A DNA stretch of 63,834 bases, filler included, from Lama guanicoe (GCA_013239625.1; 175 parts of 175 records of this genome joined end to end with filler, not necessarily neighbours in it); one strand, 5' to 3'. Counted from the whole stretch's first letter, positions 37,858 to 50,295 are shown. Program-made: numbers and translations. Notes: generated from the sequence alone by a model not told the origin.

Positions 37858-39418
37858 NNNNNNNNNNNNNNNNNNNNNNNNNNNNNNNNNNNNNNNNNNN
37901 NTTAATTAATTAANNNNNNNNNNNNNNNNNNNNNNNNNNNNNNNNNNNNNNNNNNNNGGCTTATTTCTGTAATTTACACAACTATTTTCGCTTGCATCTT
38001 GTAAAATGTAAAGTAAGTTCAAAAGAGGTTCAGAGGGAACAGGAGAATGTCTACAGCCCAGCGGTATGAGTCAGTATGTAATAATTTGCCTGAATATATA
38101 GATAGGCCATTATGGGACTTGTTAAGGTTTGTGTCAGGTCCCTGCAATAATTATTGAAAGCCTAATTCAGACCAGCTTTCCTCCACAAAATTCAATAAAG
38201 GGGTACTGGGTACACCATGCATNNNNNNNNNNNNNNNNNNNNNNNNNNNNNNNNNNNNNNNNNNNNTTAATTAATTAANNNNNNNNNNNNNNNNNNNNNN
38301 NNNNNNNNNNNNNNNNNNNNNNTAAGATAAAGGAAAGTTTACAAAAAACAACCTTCGCAGATAGGAGGAACGACTGCAAGTATGAGAAAACCCACTAGCA
38401 TATAAGGCGTATTCTTTCCTTTCTCTCGCTGAGTACTCAAAGCGCACCAATGCCCAGATGCCCACGGAAATGTCTCTCATTTATTCTTACTTGCCCTCTG
38501 TGTTTTAATTTTATATTTATTTTGATTTTAACAGTTTGTATGCTACTGAAATTTTAGAAAAATTCAAATCATTTAAAATAGATTCACNNNNNNNNNNNNN
38601 NNNNNNNNNNNNNNNNNNNNNNNNNNNNNNNTTAATTAATTAANNNNNNNNNNNNNNNNNNNNNNNNNNNNNNNNNNNNNNNNNNNNGTATTCAGTAATT
38701 TCCTCCCCGCCCCTTGCTGGTTCTCTCTCTGACACACGTGGTCCTTGTGGACTACTCTTCCTGAATCCAGCCACCTACTAACGGCCTCTAGGCTCCTTTA
38801 CGGCATGAGTCTTGCATTTTCACCCTTGTATCCCTAGCACTGAGTGCGATGTTCAGCACGTAACAGAGGGTCAACAATTACCCATCAAATTAACCAGAAG
38901 TGAATGCTTCTGGAGCGGCAGACTGAGAGGTTTGGAGAAGAACAGAATTAGATNNNNNNNNNNNNNNNNNNNNNNNNNNNNNNNNNNNNNNNNNNNNTTA
39001 ATTAATTAANNNNNNNNNNNNNNNNNNNNNNNNNNNNNNNNNNNNNNNNNNNNAATCCCTTAAGAGTGGGATGGAATTTTTCAAATTAGAATTCATAAGT
39101 TGTTTAAGAAAAACTTTTTCTTTACATGCAAATAGTCATAGTCCCATTGGAATGTCTGCAAGCTTTATGAGATTAGTCATAGTTGTAACTGGATAGGTTA
39201 TGCATGTTGCAGACAGTATGGTATCTTTCTCCTTAGCGTGGCTCCTTAAAAATATAGTTGATTCAGTAGCTAAATGGTTCTCTCCGGAGCAGTGTTTAGA
39301 GTGTCAGGAGTAGTAGTTNNNNNNNNNNNNNNNNNNNNNNNNNNNNNNNNNNNNNNNNNNNNTTAATTAATTAANNNNNNNNNNNNNNNNNNNNNNNNNN
39401 NNNNNNNNNNNNNNNNNN

Positions 39419-39682
39419 TTAAGCATGTGTGAATGCCATCGTTCACGTACCTTGTTGGGAACACAATATTTCTCACCAGTGCAAACACAACTACATACAT
39501 ATTTATGGGAGTTACAACCTCCAACTCGGATTTACAGTGATAATTGTAGGAACGTCAACTGGCCCTAGGAGATATACAGAGAAACCAGAGTAAGTGTTTC
39601 TCCTGCAACCTATACCCTATTGTTAGATGAACAAACATCTCTCCACATGCTCAGTTTTGAGAGTTAAGCGTGTGTGAAAGCC
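39419..39682 (+). repeat. Satellite DNA monomer (~245 bp), copy 1
   Basis: ttaagcatgtgtgaatgcc at 39419 recurs as ttaagcgtgtgtgaaagcc at 39664 (period 245); homologous to 41979-42243 and 51494-51759. Confidence 0.88.
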
Positions 39683-39782
39683 NNNNNNNNNNNNNNNNNN
39701 NNNNNNNNNNNNNNNNNNNNNNNNNNTTAATTAATTAANNNNNNNNNNNNNNNNNNNNNNNNNNNNNNNNNNNNNNNNNNNN

Positions 39783-40048
39783 GGCCCGCGGGAAGGCGCT
39801 CCTCCTGCGTCGCGCCCAGCTTCTCCTGGCCTCGTCCCTCTTCTCCTCCTGCTTCCGACCAGGGGGCTGTCGAGGGGCGGGGCGGCAGGGCAGCGCCCGC
39901 GGGCGTGCACCGTCCCTGCAGTACCGCTTCTCTTGCTGACGGCGCGGTTTCTGCTGAGCAAATTCAAGCAGGCCGGTTGGAGCTGCTTAGAGTGGCTGCA
40001 ATTTCAGGGAATCCGATCAGGCTCACACTCTGGGCTCCCCCGGGGCGG
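39783..40048. promoter_or_regulatory. CpG-island fragment with Sp1 GC box
   Basis: CpG-rich; GGGGCGGGGC at 39874-39883. Confidence 0.65.
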
Positions 40049-40148
40049 NNNNNNNNNNNNNNNNNNNNNNNNNNNNNNNNNNNNNNNNNNNNTTAATTAA
40101 TTAANNNNNNNNNNNNNNNNNNNNNNNNNNNNNNNNNNNNNNNNNNNN

Positions 40149-40414
40149 AAGTCCATCCATGCTGTACACCAGAAACTAATACATTTTAAATCAACTGCAC
40201 TTCAGTTAAAAACCAAACAATCAAACAACCAACTTGTTTAAAATATGGACAGAAGAACTGAACAGGCATGCTTCCAAAAGAGGAAATGCAGATGGCCAAC
40301 AGGAACATGAAACTTTGCTCAACATCACTAATATCAGGGAAATGCAAATCAAAATCATGAGCTATCATCTCACACCTGTCAGAATGACCATCATCAAAAA
40401 GAACACAAATAACA
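40149..40414 (+). mobile_element. L1 3' tail followed by L1 ORF2 C-terminal fragment
   Basis: tacaccagaaactaatacattttaaatcaactgcacttcagttaaaaa, then ORF ...IREMQIKIMSYHLTPVRMTIIKKNTNN. Confidence 0.88.
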
Positions 40415-40579
40415 NNNNNNNNNNNNNNNNNNNNNNNNNNNNNNNNNNNNNNNNNNNNTTAATTAATTAANNNNNNNNNNNNNNNNNNNNNNNNNNNNNN
40501 NNNNNNNNNNNNNNTTTGAAAAAATGTATAACTTTAACAAACAAATGAAACACACTTAGAATAATAAGCATTTATAAAA

Positions 40580-40780
40580 AGGTGTAGGATACAGATGCAG
40601 AGAACAAACTAGTGATTACCTGTGGGAAAAGGAATGGAAGAGGGGCAAGGTAGGAGTAGGGGATTAAGAGGTACAAACTATCAGCCATAAAATAAGTAAG
40701 CTGCAAGGTATATTGTACAACACAAGGAATATAGACAACATTTTACAATAACTATAAGTGGAATATAACCTTTAAAACTT
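40580..40780 (+). mobile_element. LINE-1 3' UTR fragment
   Basis: acagatgcagagaacaaactagtgattacc...ggggattaagaggtacaaacta...gtacaacacaaggaatatag. Confidence 0.82.
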
Positions 40781-41978
40781 NNNNNNNNNNNNNNNNNNNN
40801 NNNNNNNNNNNNNNNNNNNNNNNNTTAATTAATTAANNNNNNNNNNNNNNNNNNNNNNNNNNNNNNNNNNNNNNNNNNNNCTGTCTGCCTAAATATTCAC
40901 TGGTTCCCTAGTCAGTTAGAGAACATCACAAAAGTAATAAACAAAAAGAAAAAGAAAAATGTAGCTAAAGAAATTGCCGAATGATTAGTCCATTTTAGAA
41001 GAGATGGCAAAATAATATAAATCAATGAAATTAGCCTTTGCCATTATTATTCTCTCAACAACTATGTGAGCTGTGTAGTCATTGTGATTAACTGACTTTT
41101 TCAAGGTCACATCCCTGGCCAGTTCTGAAGGCAGAAATGTGACTCANNNNNNNNNNNNNNNNNNNNNNNNNNNNNNNNNNNNNNNNNNNNTTAATTAATT
41201 AANNNNNNNNNNNNNNNNNNNNNNNNNNNNNNNNNNNNNNNNNNNNGGGCACCCGACCTGCAGCACAGGACGTGAGCTGCCCCACTTGTTTTCCCATCTG
41301 CAGAAGCGGGGGTGGAGTAATGCCTGCCCGCCTGGGTCGTCGTGAGGCTTAGAGGAGTTCATAAATGGGAGGTGGTCGCTTCAGGGACAGGCTCATGGCA
41401 AACACAGCAGCAGTGCTTGATGTTATTATTTCTCAGTAACAAGAGGATGGGGACGTGCTTCCGTCAGCTGCCACTCCTCAAGCTGCCACCTTTCTGTGCT
41501 CATCTCACGTAGNNNNNNNNNNNNNNNNNNNNNNNNNNNNNNNNNNNNNNNNNNNNTTAATTAATTAANNNNNNNNNNNNNNNNNNNNNNNNNNNNNNNN
41601 NNNNNNNNNNNNGGCGATTGGTTCAGAGATGTGCACACCACCCAATCAGAGGCAATGAGCCACGAAGCGCCTTTCCTTCAGAGTCTGGCTGAGGATGTTG
41701 CACTCTCCGACTGTGCTTCCTGCAGGGAAAAGGGGCACAGATTTTGTCTCCAGGACATATTTCCCCTCCTTTCATCATTCAGCCCTTCCTCCTTCTGGGA
41801 GGACGGAACGTTCATACAGAGTTTCCTCCCCCAGTTACAAGATGTCAACTTCACATAACTTGATATTTGTGTTGAGTTNNNNNNNNNNNNNNNNNNNNNN
41901 NNNNNNNNNNNNNNNNNNNNNNTTAATTAATTAANNNNNNNNNNNNNNNNNNNNNNNNNNNNNNNNNNNNNNNNNNNN

Positions 41979-42243
41979 GAAGTACAAGCTCCAACTCGGT
42001 TTTACAGTGAAAATTGCAGGAACTTCATACTGGAACTAGGAAACAGACTGGGAAACCAGAGTTAGTGTTTCTTCTGCAACCTGTTCCCTTTCTGCTACAA
42101 AAACGAACGTCTCTCAACATGCTCAGTTTTGTGAGTTAATCGTGTGTCAAATCCGTCCTACACATAGCATGTTCGGAACACATAGTTTCTCTTTAGTTGC
42201 AAACTCCACTACATAGATATAAATGGGGAGGAACAAGCTCCAA
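41979..42243 (+). repeat. Satellite DNA monomer (~249 bp), copy 2
   Basis: acaagctccaa at 41984 and 42233 (period 249). Shares ctccaactcgg.tttacagtga.aattg.aggaac, gaaaccagagt.agtgtttct.ctgcaacct and acatgctcagttttg.gagttaa with copy 1. Confidence 0.88.
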
Positions 42244-42921
42244 NNNNNNNNNNNNNNNNNNNNNNNNNNNNNNNNNNNNNNNNNNNNTTAATTAATTAAN
42301 NNNNNNNNNNNNNNNNNNNNNNNNNNNNNNNNNNNNNNNNNNNTCCATATCTTTGCTGAGCTCTCTGAGCAGCACCCTCCACATCTTTGAAACTGGTTAT
42401 TTTATTTCTCTTCCCAGTCCCACTGGGCAGCTGTGAAGTCTGCAGCTCCTTGGGGTGCAAATCAGACAACAGCTTTCTGAATGTTTCCTTCATAACTGAG
42501 GGTCCAAGACTTTGCCCATTTGCTTACCCGTCCAAGCCCATGACACAGGGGAGCAGGGATCAGGGCACTGGCTGGGGAGGGGCCCCGTTTCTGGGTGCAG
42601 GGGTGGGAGNNNNNNNNNNNNNNNNNNNNNNNNNNNNNNNNNNNNNNNNNNNNTTAATTAATTAANNNNNNNNNNNNNNNNNNNNNNNNNNNNNNNNNNN
42701 NNNNNNNNNAATAGAACTGTCAAGGGAAGGTGTGATGGGCTTTTGGAAGAAGAATTCAATAGATATTTACCAAATGCTTATTGTGTGCAAACCACTGTAG
42801 ACACAGACACACAGATATGCTCGGTAATGTCACAGATACATTCGTAGTCATGTTCACAGTCTCATTACAGGTCTGGGTCTCCTGATCTCTCATCCCTGAC
42901 ACCAGCCTCGTAGACGACTAA

Positions 42922-42975
42922 ATGGAACATAGCAACAATCTAACAGAATTTGTTCTCCTGGGCCTCACTCAGAAT
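42922..42975 (+). CDS. Olfactory receptor N-terminus, OR4A-like; 3'-truncated by contig edge
   Basis: ATG at 42922 gives MEHSNNLTEFVLLGLTQN (N-glycosylation sequon NLT plus EFxLLGL motif). Upstream splice acceptor ctcattacag|g ends at 42870, and an in-frame stop (taa) lies just before the ATG region. Confidence 0.85.
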
Positions 42976-43277
42976 NNNNNNNNNNNNNNNNNNNNNNNNN
43001 NNNNNNNNNNNNNNNNNNNTTAATTAATTAANNNNNNNNNNNNNNNNNNNNNNNNNNNNNNNNNNNNNNNNNNNNCCCAGTGGTTCTTTCTTCCTCCCGG
43101 TGATGGGACCACTGATGGCAGGAAACCCCGCACACCATGGAGCCTCCAGGACTGGGGTCTACCTTCCATCATGTGGGTAGTTTCTTTCCCCTCCAACCCC
43201 ATAGCTGCTGTCATCTCCAGGGACTGGGATCTTCCAACTGACATCTCATCCTAGTTGGCTCCCCCACCCCCACGTAC

Positions 43278-43341
43278 AGCCCAGCCCTAGCGCCAGTCCT
43301 AGTCCTACACAAAGCCCTAACCCTAACCCCTACACCAAGTC
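43278..43341 (-). repeat. Degenerate telomere-like (CCCTAA-variant) hexamer array end
   Basis: cccag ccctag cgccag tcctag tcctac acaaag ccctaa ccctaa cccctac. Confidence 0.65.
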
Positions 43342-43807
43342 NNNNNNNNNNNNNNNNNNNNNNNNNNNNNNNNNNNNNNNNNNNNTTAATTAATTAANNN
43401 NNNNNNNNNNNNNNNNNNNNNNNNNNNNNNNNNNNNNNNNNTTTTCAATTCATGTTAATATATCCAAACATGCCATTTGTATCACAGATACTTTGTGTCG
43501 GAAACAGCCAGGCCTTCTCCAGATTCCACACCCACTCCCCCAGGGGCTCACAGCTAGGCTGCACCTCCCCTCACCTCCTGCAGGCTAGACAAGGCCCCCT
43601 GCTGTCCCCTACACATGGTTGCTGCTAGGAGTGTCTGTGAAGGTAGGACCATGTGTGCACCCCAGTGACCGGCTCAGAAAGTTGTAAGATATAAAAAGAA
43701 AAAAAAANNNNNNNNNNNNNNNNNNNNNNNNNNNNNNNNNNNNNNNNNNNNTTAATTAATTAANNNNNNNNNNNNNNNNNNNNNNNNNNNNNNNNNNNNN
43801 NNNNNNN

Positions 43808-43933
43808 GTTCAGTACCTTTAATGGAAAAGAATATGGAAACGAGTATCTGTACGTGCGTGCATGACTGGGACGCTGTGCTGTGCACCAGAGATGGACACA
43901 TTGTGAGTGACTGTACCTCAATTAAACAAAAAA
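43808..43933 (+). mobile_element. L1 3' end with A-rich tail
   Basis: tttaatggaaaagaatatggaaacgagtat...tgcatgactgggacgctgtgctgtgcaccaga...gactgtacctcaattaaacaaaaaaa; same family as 37228-37390. Confidence 0.8.
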
Positions 43934-44173
43934 AGCACAGAGACCTACCTTGCCTCCAGGTCTTTATAGGAGACCATCCGTCACGTAAACTCTCCTAGTC
44001 TTTGCCATGAGCCCACTTAGAGACAGCAAGGGGTACACGGGATCCACTGTGGGGACATCCACCGGTGTTTTCANNNNNNNNNNNNNNNNNNNNNNNNNNN
44101 NNNNNNNNNNNNNNNNNTTAATTAATTAANNNNNNNNNNNNNNNNNNNNNNNNNNNNNNNNNNNNNNNNNNNN

Positions 44174-44439
44174 TATCATGAATGGATGTTGAATTTTGTC
44201 AAATGCTTTTTCTGCATCTATTAAGATAATCATGTGACTTTATCCTTTTTGTTAATGTGTTGTATCACATTGGTTGATTTTGAATATTGAACAATCCTTG
44301 CATGCCTAAAATAAATCCCGCTTGACCATGGTATGTGACCCTTTCTATACATTGTTAAATTTGGTTTGCAAATATTTTGTTGAGGATTTTTGCATTCGTC
44401 AAAGATATTACTTGTAATTTTTTTTGTAGTGTCTTTGGT
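44174..44439 (-). mobile_element. LINE-1 ORF2 RT fragment
   Basis: atgaatggatgttgaattttgtcaaatgctttttctgcatctatt (antisense of IDAEKAFDKIQHPFMI) ...tttgcaaatattttgttgaggatttttgc. Confidence 0.92.
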
Positions 44440-47101
44440 NNNNNNNNNNNNNNNNNNNNNNNNNNNNNNNNNNNNNNNNNNNNTTAATTAATTAANNNNN
44501 NNNNNNNNNNNNNNNNNNNNNNNNNNNNNNNNNNNNNNNTAAGATTACCAGAAATTTCATGTGCACTCTGAGAGTAGCTCAGTAGAATAACTTCCAGTTC
44601 AGAAAGATTCATCATATGGTAATTAGCTAACTTGCATGCAAGCCTCAGTGGGTATGATTTTCATAAGCCAGACATTCTGATGTGCAGAAACCAGAACTGT
44701 CTGTTTTGATTTATGCCGAACTTCATGTTTATCTCATTTCTATTTCAACCTGCTGCCAAAAATTTAATTTAATCATTTCCAGGAAAACAAAATCAAATTT
44801 AAGGANNNNNNNNNNNNNNNNNNNNNNNNNNNNNNNNNNNNNNNNNNNNTTAATTAATTAANNNNNNNNNNNNNNNNNNNNNNNNNNNNNNNNNNNNNNN
44901 NNNNNCCTACTTGGACACCCCAGGTTATTCCTTTTTCATATCTTCTTGAATTGGGTTGGCTGCCCTCCATTTATGATTTTCACACCTGGGTGGTCTGTAA
45001 GTTTATTTTTTGAATCAATTTCGACTGCCTGATCAAGGTTATGCTATCACCATAAACTGAATTAGGAGGTATCCAGTCCTTTTGTCAGAAAAGTTTATAC
45101 ACCTTGGGAATTTCTTATTCTTCAAATGTTTGAAATGATTACTCAGGGAATCTGGAGAACAGGTTTAGAAANNNNNNNNNNNNNNNNNNNNNNNNNNNNN
45201 NNNNNNNNNNNNNNNTTAATTAATTAANNNNNNNNNNNNNNNNNNNNNNNNNNNNNNNNNNNNNNNNNNNNTATACAGCATCAGGGTACAGATTTGTACA
45301 GGGCCTTAGGGAAGGGGTGCCTATGAAGAAGTCAGGGCATGCAAAAGCTGCCTGGAGGAAGAGGCTTTTGGAGAAATATCAGGAATTAGTTGGCAGGTTT
45401 CTCTTCCCTAATAAAACCTCTCAAGTTCAAGTCCTCCAGGACCCCTGGCATTGTCTGCAAACTCTTTTCTGTGTTATGTGCATCTGCCTGAGGATACATA
45501 ACTTTCACTGGATTCTTAGGGGCTTAAGAGCATCTTTNNNNNNNNNNNNNNNNNNNNNNNNNNNNNNNNNNNNNNNNNNNNTTAATTAATTAANNNNNNN
45601 NNNNNNNNNNNNNNNNNNNNNNNNNNNNNNNNNNNNNAGTGGAGAGTTTTCCCCAAGAACTGACTGACAGGGACCTGCCGTCACCCCCTCGCACGCACTT
45701 TTAAGGGAGATTGTGTAGCTGGAACACACCCTGCTGAGGCCACTGCTGACGGAAAGCAGCAGGAGGGGCTCAAGGGGGCTCACCCCCAGCCCTGCCTCCT
45801 GTTCCAGGCTCTCCTCCCCTCTCCCCTGCCCTGTCCGTCCCTCTCCCCACTGCCGTGTTGGGGCCCTGTCCCCTCCTAGACAGCTTTCCTCTGGGTCCCC
45901 ACTNNNNNNNNNNNNNNNNNNNNNNNNNNNNNNNNNNNNNNNNNNNNTTAATTAATTAANNNNNNNNNNNNNNNNNNNNNNNNNNNNNNNNNNNNNNNNN
46001 NNNCACCCCCTTTACTCCCTGGTAACTGTAAGTTTGTTCTCTATGTCTGTGAATCTGTCAGAAATACCTATTTTTACTGGATTTAAATAAGTACATAAAA
46101 TTATCCTTTTTCTTTAAAATGATATATGTTATCTAAATGGCCCATGGGTTTCTTGCAATTTTTATGATTCTTAGATTGCCTTAAATCAGTTGTTCCAAGA
46201 CACTATGGTTTTTGTAGTGGGTTGCCTAGTCAAATATTTTATAATTAATGTTTAAGAGCATGAATAATTNNNNNNNNNNNNNNNNNNNNNNNNNNNNNNN
46301 NNNNNNNNNNNNNTTAATTAATTAANNNNNNNNNNNNNNNNNNNNNNNNNNNNNNNNNNNNNNNNNNNNCGAGGGCACTGGAGTCTGGTCTGAGCCTGTG
46401 TCTCAGGTTGACCAGGAGCATCGCCCTCCCTGACCCCAGAGAGCAGGAAGGGAGGGCACACGCGGGGTCGCCCCCGGAGGCCCCTGGCATCCTGCGAAAG
46501 GCCAGCGGTCAAGGGACTGCAGACGGCCCTCATGCGGCCCCGGGGACAGGGGACAGGGGGCAGCCTGGACTGAGAGCTCAGGGACACATCACCACGACAA
46601 CGCACTGCCTCCTCCCGCAGCCGAGAGCAGGTCAGNNNNNNNNNNNNNNNNNNNNNNNNNNNNNNNNNNNNNNNNNNNNTTAATTAATTAANNNNNNNNN
46701 NNNNNNNNNNNNNNNNNNNNNNNNNNNNNNNNNNNGTTTTGTAAATAAGTTCATTTGTATCATTAAAAGTGTACGATAATATTGAATCTACTTTACAATT
46801 TTTGATAGAATCATCATCATAAAGAAGGAAATTTGAATAAAAGAATCCTGCAAATGACTAAACATATACTGAAAATGAAAAAATATTTATATAAATTATA
46901 TGATCTCTATGATTACAATCTTATAAATATATATGAAGTACATATTTTTAGACAGAAATGGAATCCATTGTGTTAGACCCAGATGGCATTTAACTTCTTT
47001 GNNNNNNNNNNNNNNNNNNNNNNNNNNNNNNNNNNNNNNNNNNNNTTAATTAATTAANNNNNNNNNNNNNNNNNNNNNNNNNNNNNNNNNNNNNNNNNNN
47101 N

Positions 47102-47367
47102 CAAGAGCAAGAAAAAGAATTTAGTATCCAAACTACTATTTAACATTGTTCTGAAGGCATTAGTTAAAGCAAATAAGCAAAAGAAAGAAAGAAAAGATAT
47201 AAAAATTAGAAAGGAAGAAGTAAAATTACCTTTATTTGCACAGATTATTTTATGCCCAGAATATCCAAAGAATTAAATAGAAACAATTATTGTAAACAAT
47301 GAGGGAATTCAGTGAGATGACTTGGTACAAAATGGATATACAGAAATCAAAAAGGATGTTACACATA
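47102..47367 (+). mobile_element. Old LINE-1 ORF2 RT fragment
   Basis: ctactatttaacattgttctgaaggcattagttaaagcaaataagcaa...ggaagaagtaaaattacctttatttgcacag (LLFNIVL..EEVKLPLFA). Confidence 0.8.
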
Positions 47368-47467
47368 NNNNNNNNNNNNNNNNNNNNNNNNNNNNNNNNN
47401 NNNNNNNNNNNTTAATTAATTAANNNNNNNNNNNNNNNNNNNNNNNNNNNNNNNNNNNNNNNNNNNN

Positions 47468-47632
47468 TCTAAAAGAAGACATAGTATAAATCTTTGTGGT
47501 CCTAGGATAGGCTATGCTTTCCTAGATATAATACCAACAGCAGAAGTGATAAAAATAAACACAGATACACTGGACTTCATGAAATTTAAAACCATTTGTT
47601 ACAAAGGACATCATCAAGAAAATGAAATGAAA
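47468..47632 (+). mobile_element. LINE-1 ORF2 3' fragment
   Basis: ctaaaagaagacatagtataaatctttgtggtcctaggatagg...ctggacttcatgaaatttaaaacc...caaaggacatcatcaagaaaatgaaa. Confidence 0.8.
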
Positions 47633-47733
47633 GGGGAAGGGGGTAGCTCAAGTGATAGAGTGCATGCTTGGTAAAAAAAAATGCATAAATCTAATTACCT
47701 CCCCTATAAAGAAATTGTTTTAATGTTTAAAAA
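47633..47733 (+). mobile_element. Internally deleted Vic-1-like SINE adjoining an L1 fragment
   Basis: ggggaagggggtagctcaagtgatagagtgcatgcttgg (A box, no B box), then tail aaatctaattacctcccc. Confidence 0.7.
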
Positions 47734-48199
47734 NNNNNNNNNNNNNNNNNNNNNNNNNNNNNNNNNNNNNNNNNNNNTTAATTAATTAANNNNNNNNNNN
47801 NNNNNNNNNNNNNNNNNNNNNNNNNNNNNNNNNTCTGTCTCAAAAAGACATTGTAATAGACATCAAAATCGTCCAAACAGGTGACTTGAACATGGTTCTA
47901 ATAACTTAGAGCAACCAAAGCACTTTAAAAATCAATGTGAAATCCACTGTCGGTCATTTTAGATTTTTATGGATGAGGAACTGCATTTGTGTAAATTGTT
48001 CAATTGCAGTGCAACGTGAGGCTTCAGACCAATGAAGGGGAATTAGATGAAAATGAGCACTGACCTTTGCAGCTGATGAAAATGAGAATCAGCATCTCTN
48101 NNNNNNNNNNNNNNNNNNNNNNNNNNNNNNNNNNNNNNNNNNNTTAATTAATTAANNNNNNNNNNNNNNNNNNNNNNNNNNNNNNNNNNNNNNNNNNNN

Positions 48200-48465
48200 T
48201 TCAAAAATGCATAGATTGTGTATTCTACTTCACATATTCTTTCTTCTGTTTGATCCAGTCTCCTATTGATACTTCATATTGCATTTTTAAAAATTTCACT
48301 CATTGTATTCTTTGGCTCTAGAATTTGCTTGGATCTTTCTGGTGATTTCTGTCTCTCTGTAAACTTTTCATTTTGTTTGTATATTGTTTTCCCAATTTCA
48401 TTGACTTATCTTTTTCTGTTTTCTTGTAACTCACTGAACTTTCTTAAAATAACTGTCTCAAGTTA
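48200..48465 (-). mobile_element. LINE-1 ORF1 fragment
   Basis: attctttcttctgtttgatccagtctcctattgatactt...atttcactcattgtattctttggctctagaatttgcttgg. Confidence 0.75.
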
Positions 48466-50044
48466 NNNNNNNNNNNNNNNNNNNNNNNNNNNNNNNNNNN
48501 NNNNNNNNNTTAATTAATTAANNNNNNNNNNNNNNNNNNNNNNNNNNNNNNNNNNNNNNNNNNNNCAGGGATTAGAGCCGGGGAAGGGGTGCAGGGGGAG
48601 GGTGGTGGATTCGAGAGGGAACCCGGTGTGGCTTTAAAGGACAGTAGGAGGGGTCCTTGCAGCGATGGACCTGTTCGGTGCCTTCATTGTGGTGGTGGAT
48701 ACACAGGCCCACGTCGGGTTCAGAGAGAACAGAGCTAAATACACACACGTCTTGGGGCTCAGTGGGCCGGTGTGCGGGCGGTAACTTACCAAAGACAAAG
48801 GGTGAAGACAGAGAAGGAGTCTATTGGGGGGNNNNNNNNNNNNNNNNNNNNNNNNNNNNNNNNNNNNNNNNNNNNTTAATTAATTAANNNNNNNNNNNNN
48901 NNNNNNNNNNNNNNNNNNNNNNNNNNNNNNNCCTACCTTGTCCGGACGGCCACCTGGTGAGTCTGTCCGTCCCTCCACGGTGTCTGGCTCTGGTTGTAGC
49001 CCAGCCACCTGTGGGCCGAGTTGCCATCACAAAAGAGAATCCGGAATACCGCCGGGCGGCGCCACCTCGTTCGCTACCAGAGTCCCGTCCCCCGGTCAGC
49101 CGGAGCCACCAGTCCAGTGGCTCAAGGGGCCGGCGTGGTTGTATCTCACTGGAGCCTCCAGAAATTTTACGGAAACAACAGGCCAGCCAAGAAACAANNN
49201 NNNNNNNNNNNNNNNNNNNNNNNNNNNNNNNNNNNNNNNNNTTAATTAATTAANNNNNNNNNNNNNNNNNNNNNNNNNNNNNNNNNNNNNNNNNNNNTAC
49301 CCTTCTCTGCATCAAGAAGATCATGAAAACACCATCAAACCATAAATCAACGCACACCGCTTTAAATGGCTATTTAAACAACGATACACAAGGAAAACTG
49401 GGTGTAATTTAAAGACTCCCTATCGTTACCACCTCGGTATTCCTGTAGGTGAGGGTAAGACAGAGACATAAGTGAACTTCATTTTAAAAATTTATGCATT
49501 TGCTTTACTTGACTACATATTTAGAAATGTTCTACAATTGCTCAGTAAGACATTTTATAACAANNNNNNNNNNNNNNNNNNNNNNNNNNNNNNNNNNNNN
49601 NNNNNNNTTAATTAATTAANNNNNNNNNNNNNNNNNNNNNNNNNNNNNNNNNNNNNNNNNNNNCAGAAGTTAGCAAAGCAAAGTGCACCTTCAAGAACTG
49701 AAGGCAGGCTGACCCAAGACAGGAAAACAGCCTTGCCCCTCCATTGCTCCTCCTGCCTCGTAGCCTGGCTTAGGGGCGATCTCGTGGGTGATTGACAGCT
49801 CATGTCCCTTGAGTGTATAGGTGTGCCCATCTCCTTTGGGCATGTTCTTGCCCGTGATGCACACAGAAAAGCCCATGGATGGGGGCCAAACTGCAATGCT
49901 AATTACATTACAATGAGCACTGGGTTATGNNNNNNNNNNNNNNNNNNNNNNNNNNNNNNNNNNNNNNNNNNNNTTAATTAATTAANNNNNNNNNNNNNNN
50001 NNNNNNNNNNNNNNNNNNNNNNNNNNNNNTTAAGCAAGGGGAGC

Positions 50045-50295
50045 TGTATTAGTTTCTGGCTGCTGCTGTAACAAATAACCGCAAACCTAGTGGCTTCAGA
50101 CAACACAGGTTTACTGACAGTTCTGGAGGTCAGAAGTTGCACTGGGCCAACATCAGGGCATCAGTATGATGTGTTCCTCCTGGAGGCTCTTAGAGAGAGT
50201 CAGTTCTTTGCCTGCTCCAGTTTCTAGAAACTGCCCACATTTCTTGGCTCATGTCCTTCTCCCATCTTCAAAGCCAGCAGCCACACCATTCTGCC
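50045..50295. mobile_element. MLT1C/D-like MaLR LTR
   Basis: tgtattagtttctggctgctgctgtaacaaataaccgcaaacctagtggctt...cagttctggaggtcagaag...tggaggctct...ccatcttcaaagccagca. Confidence 0.85.

Noticed and set aside
42344..42400. Minus-strand FQRCGGCC resembling the PDGF/VEGF RCxGCC motif
   Set aside because: An in-frame stop lies just upstream and the preceding PxCV is missing; coincidence.
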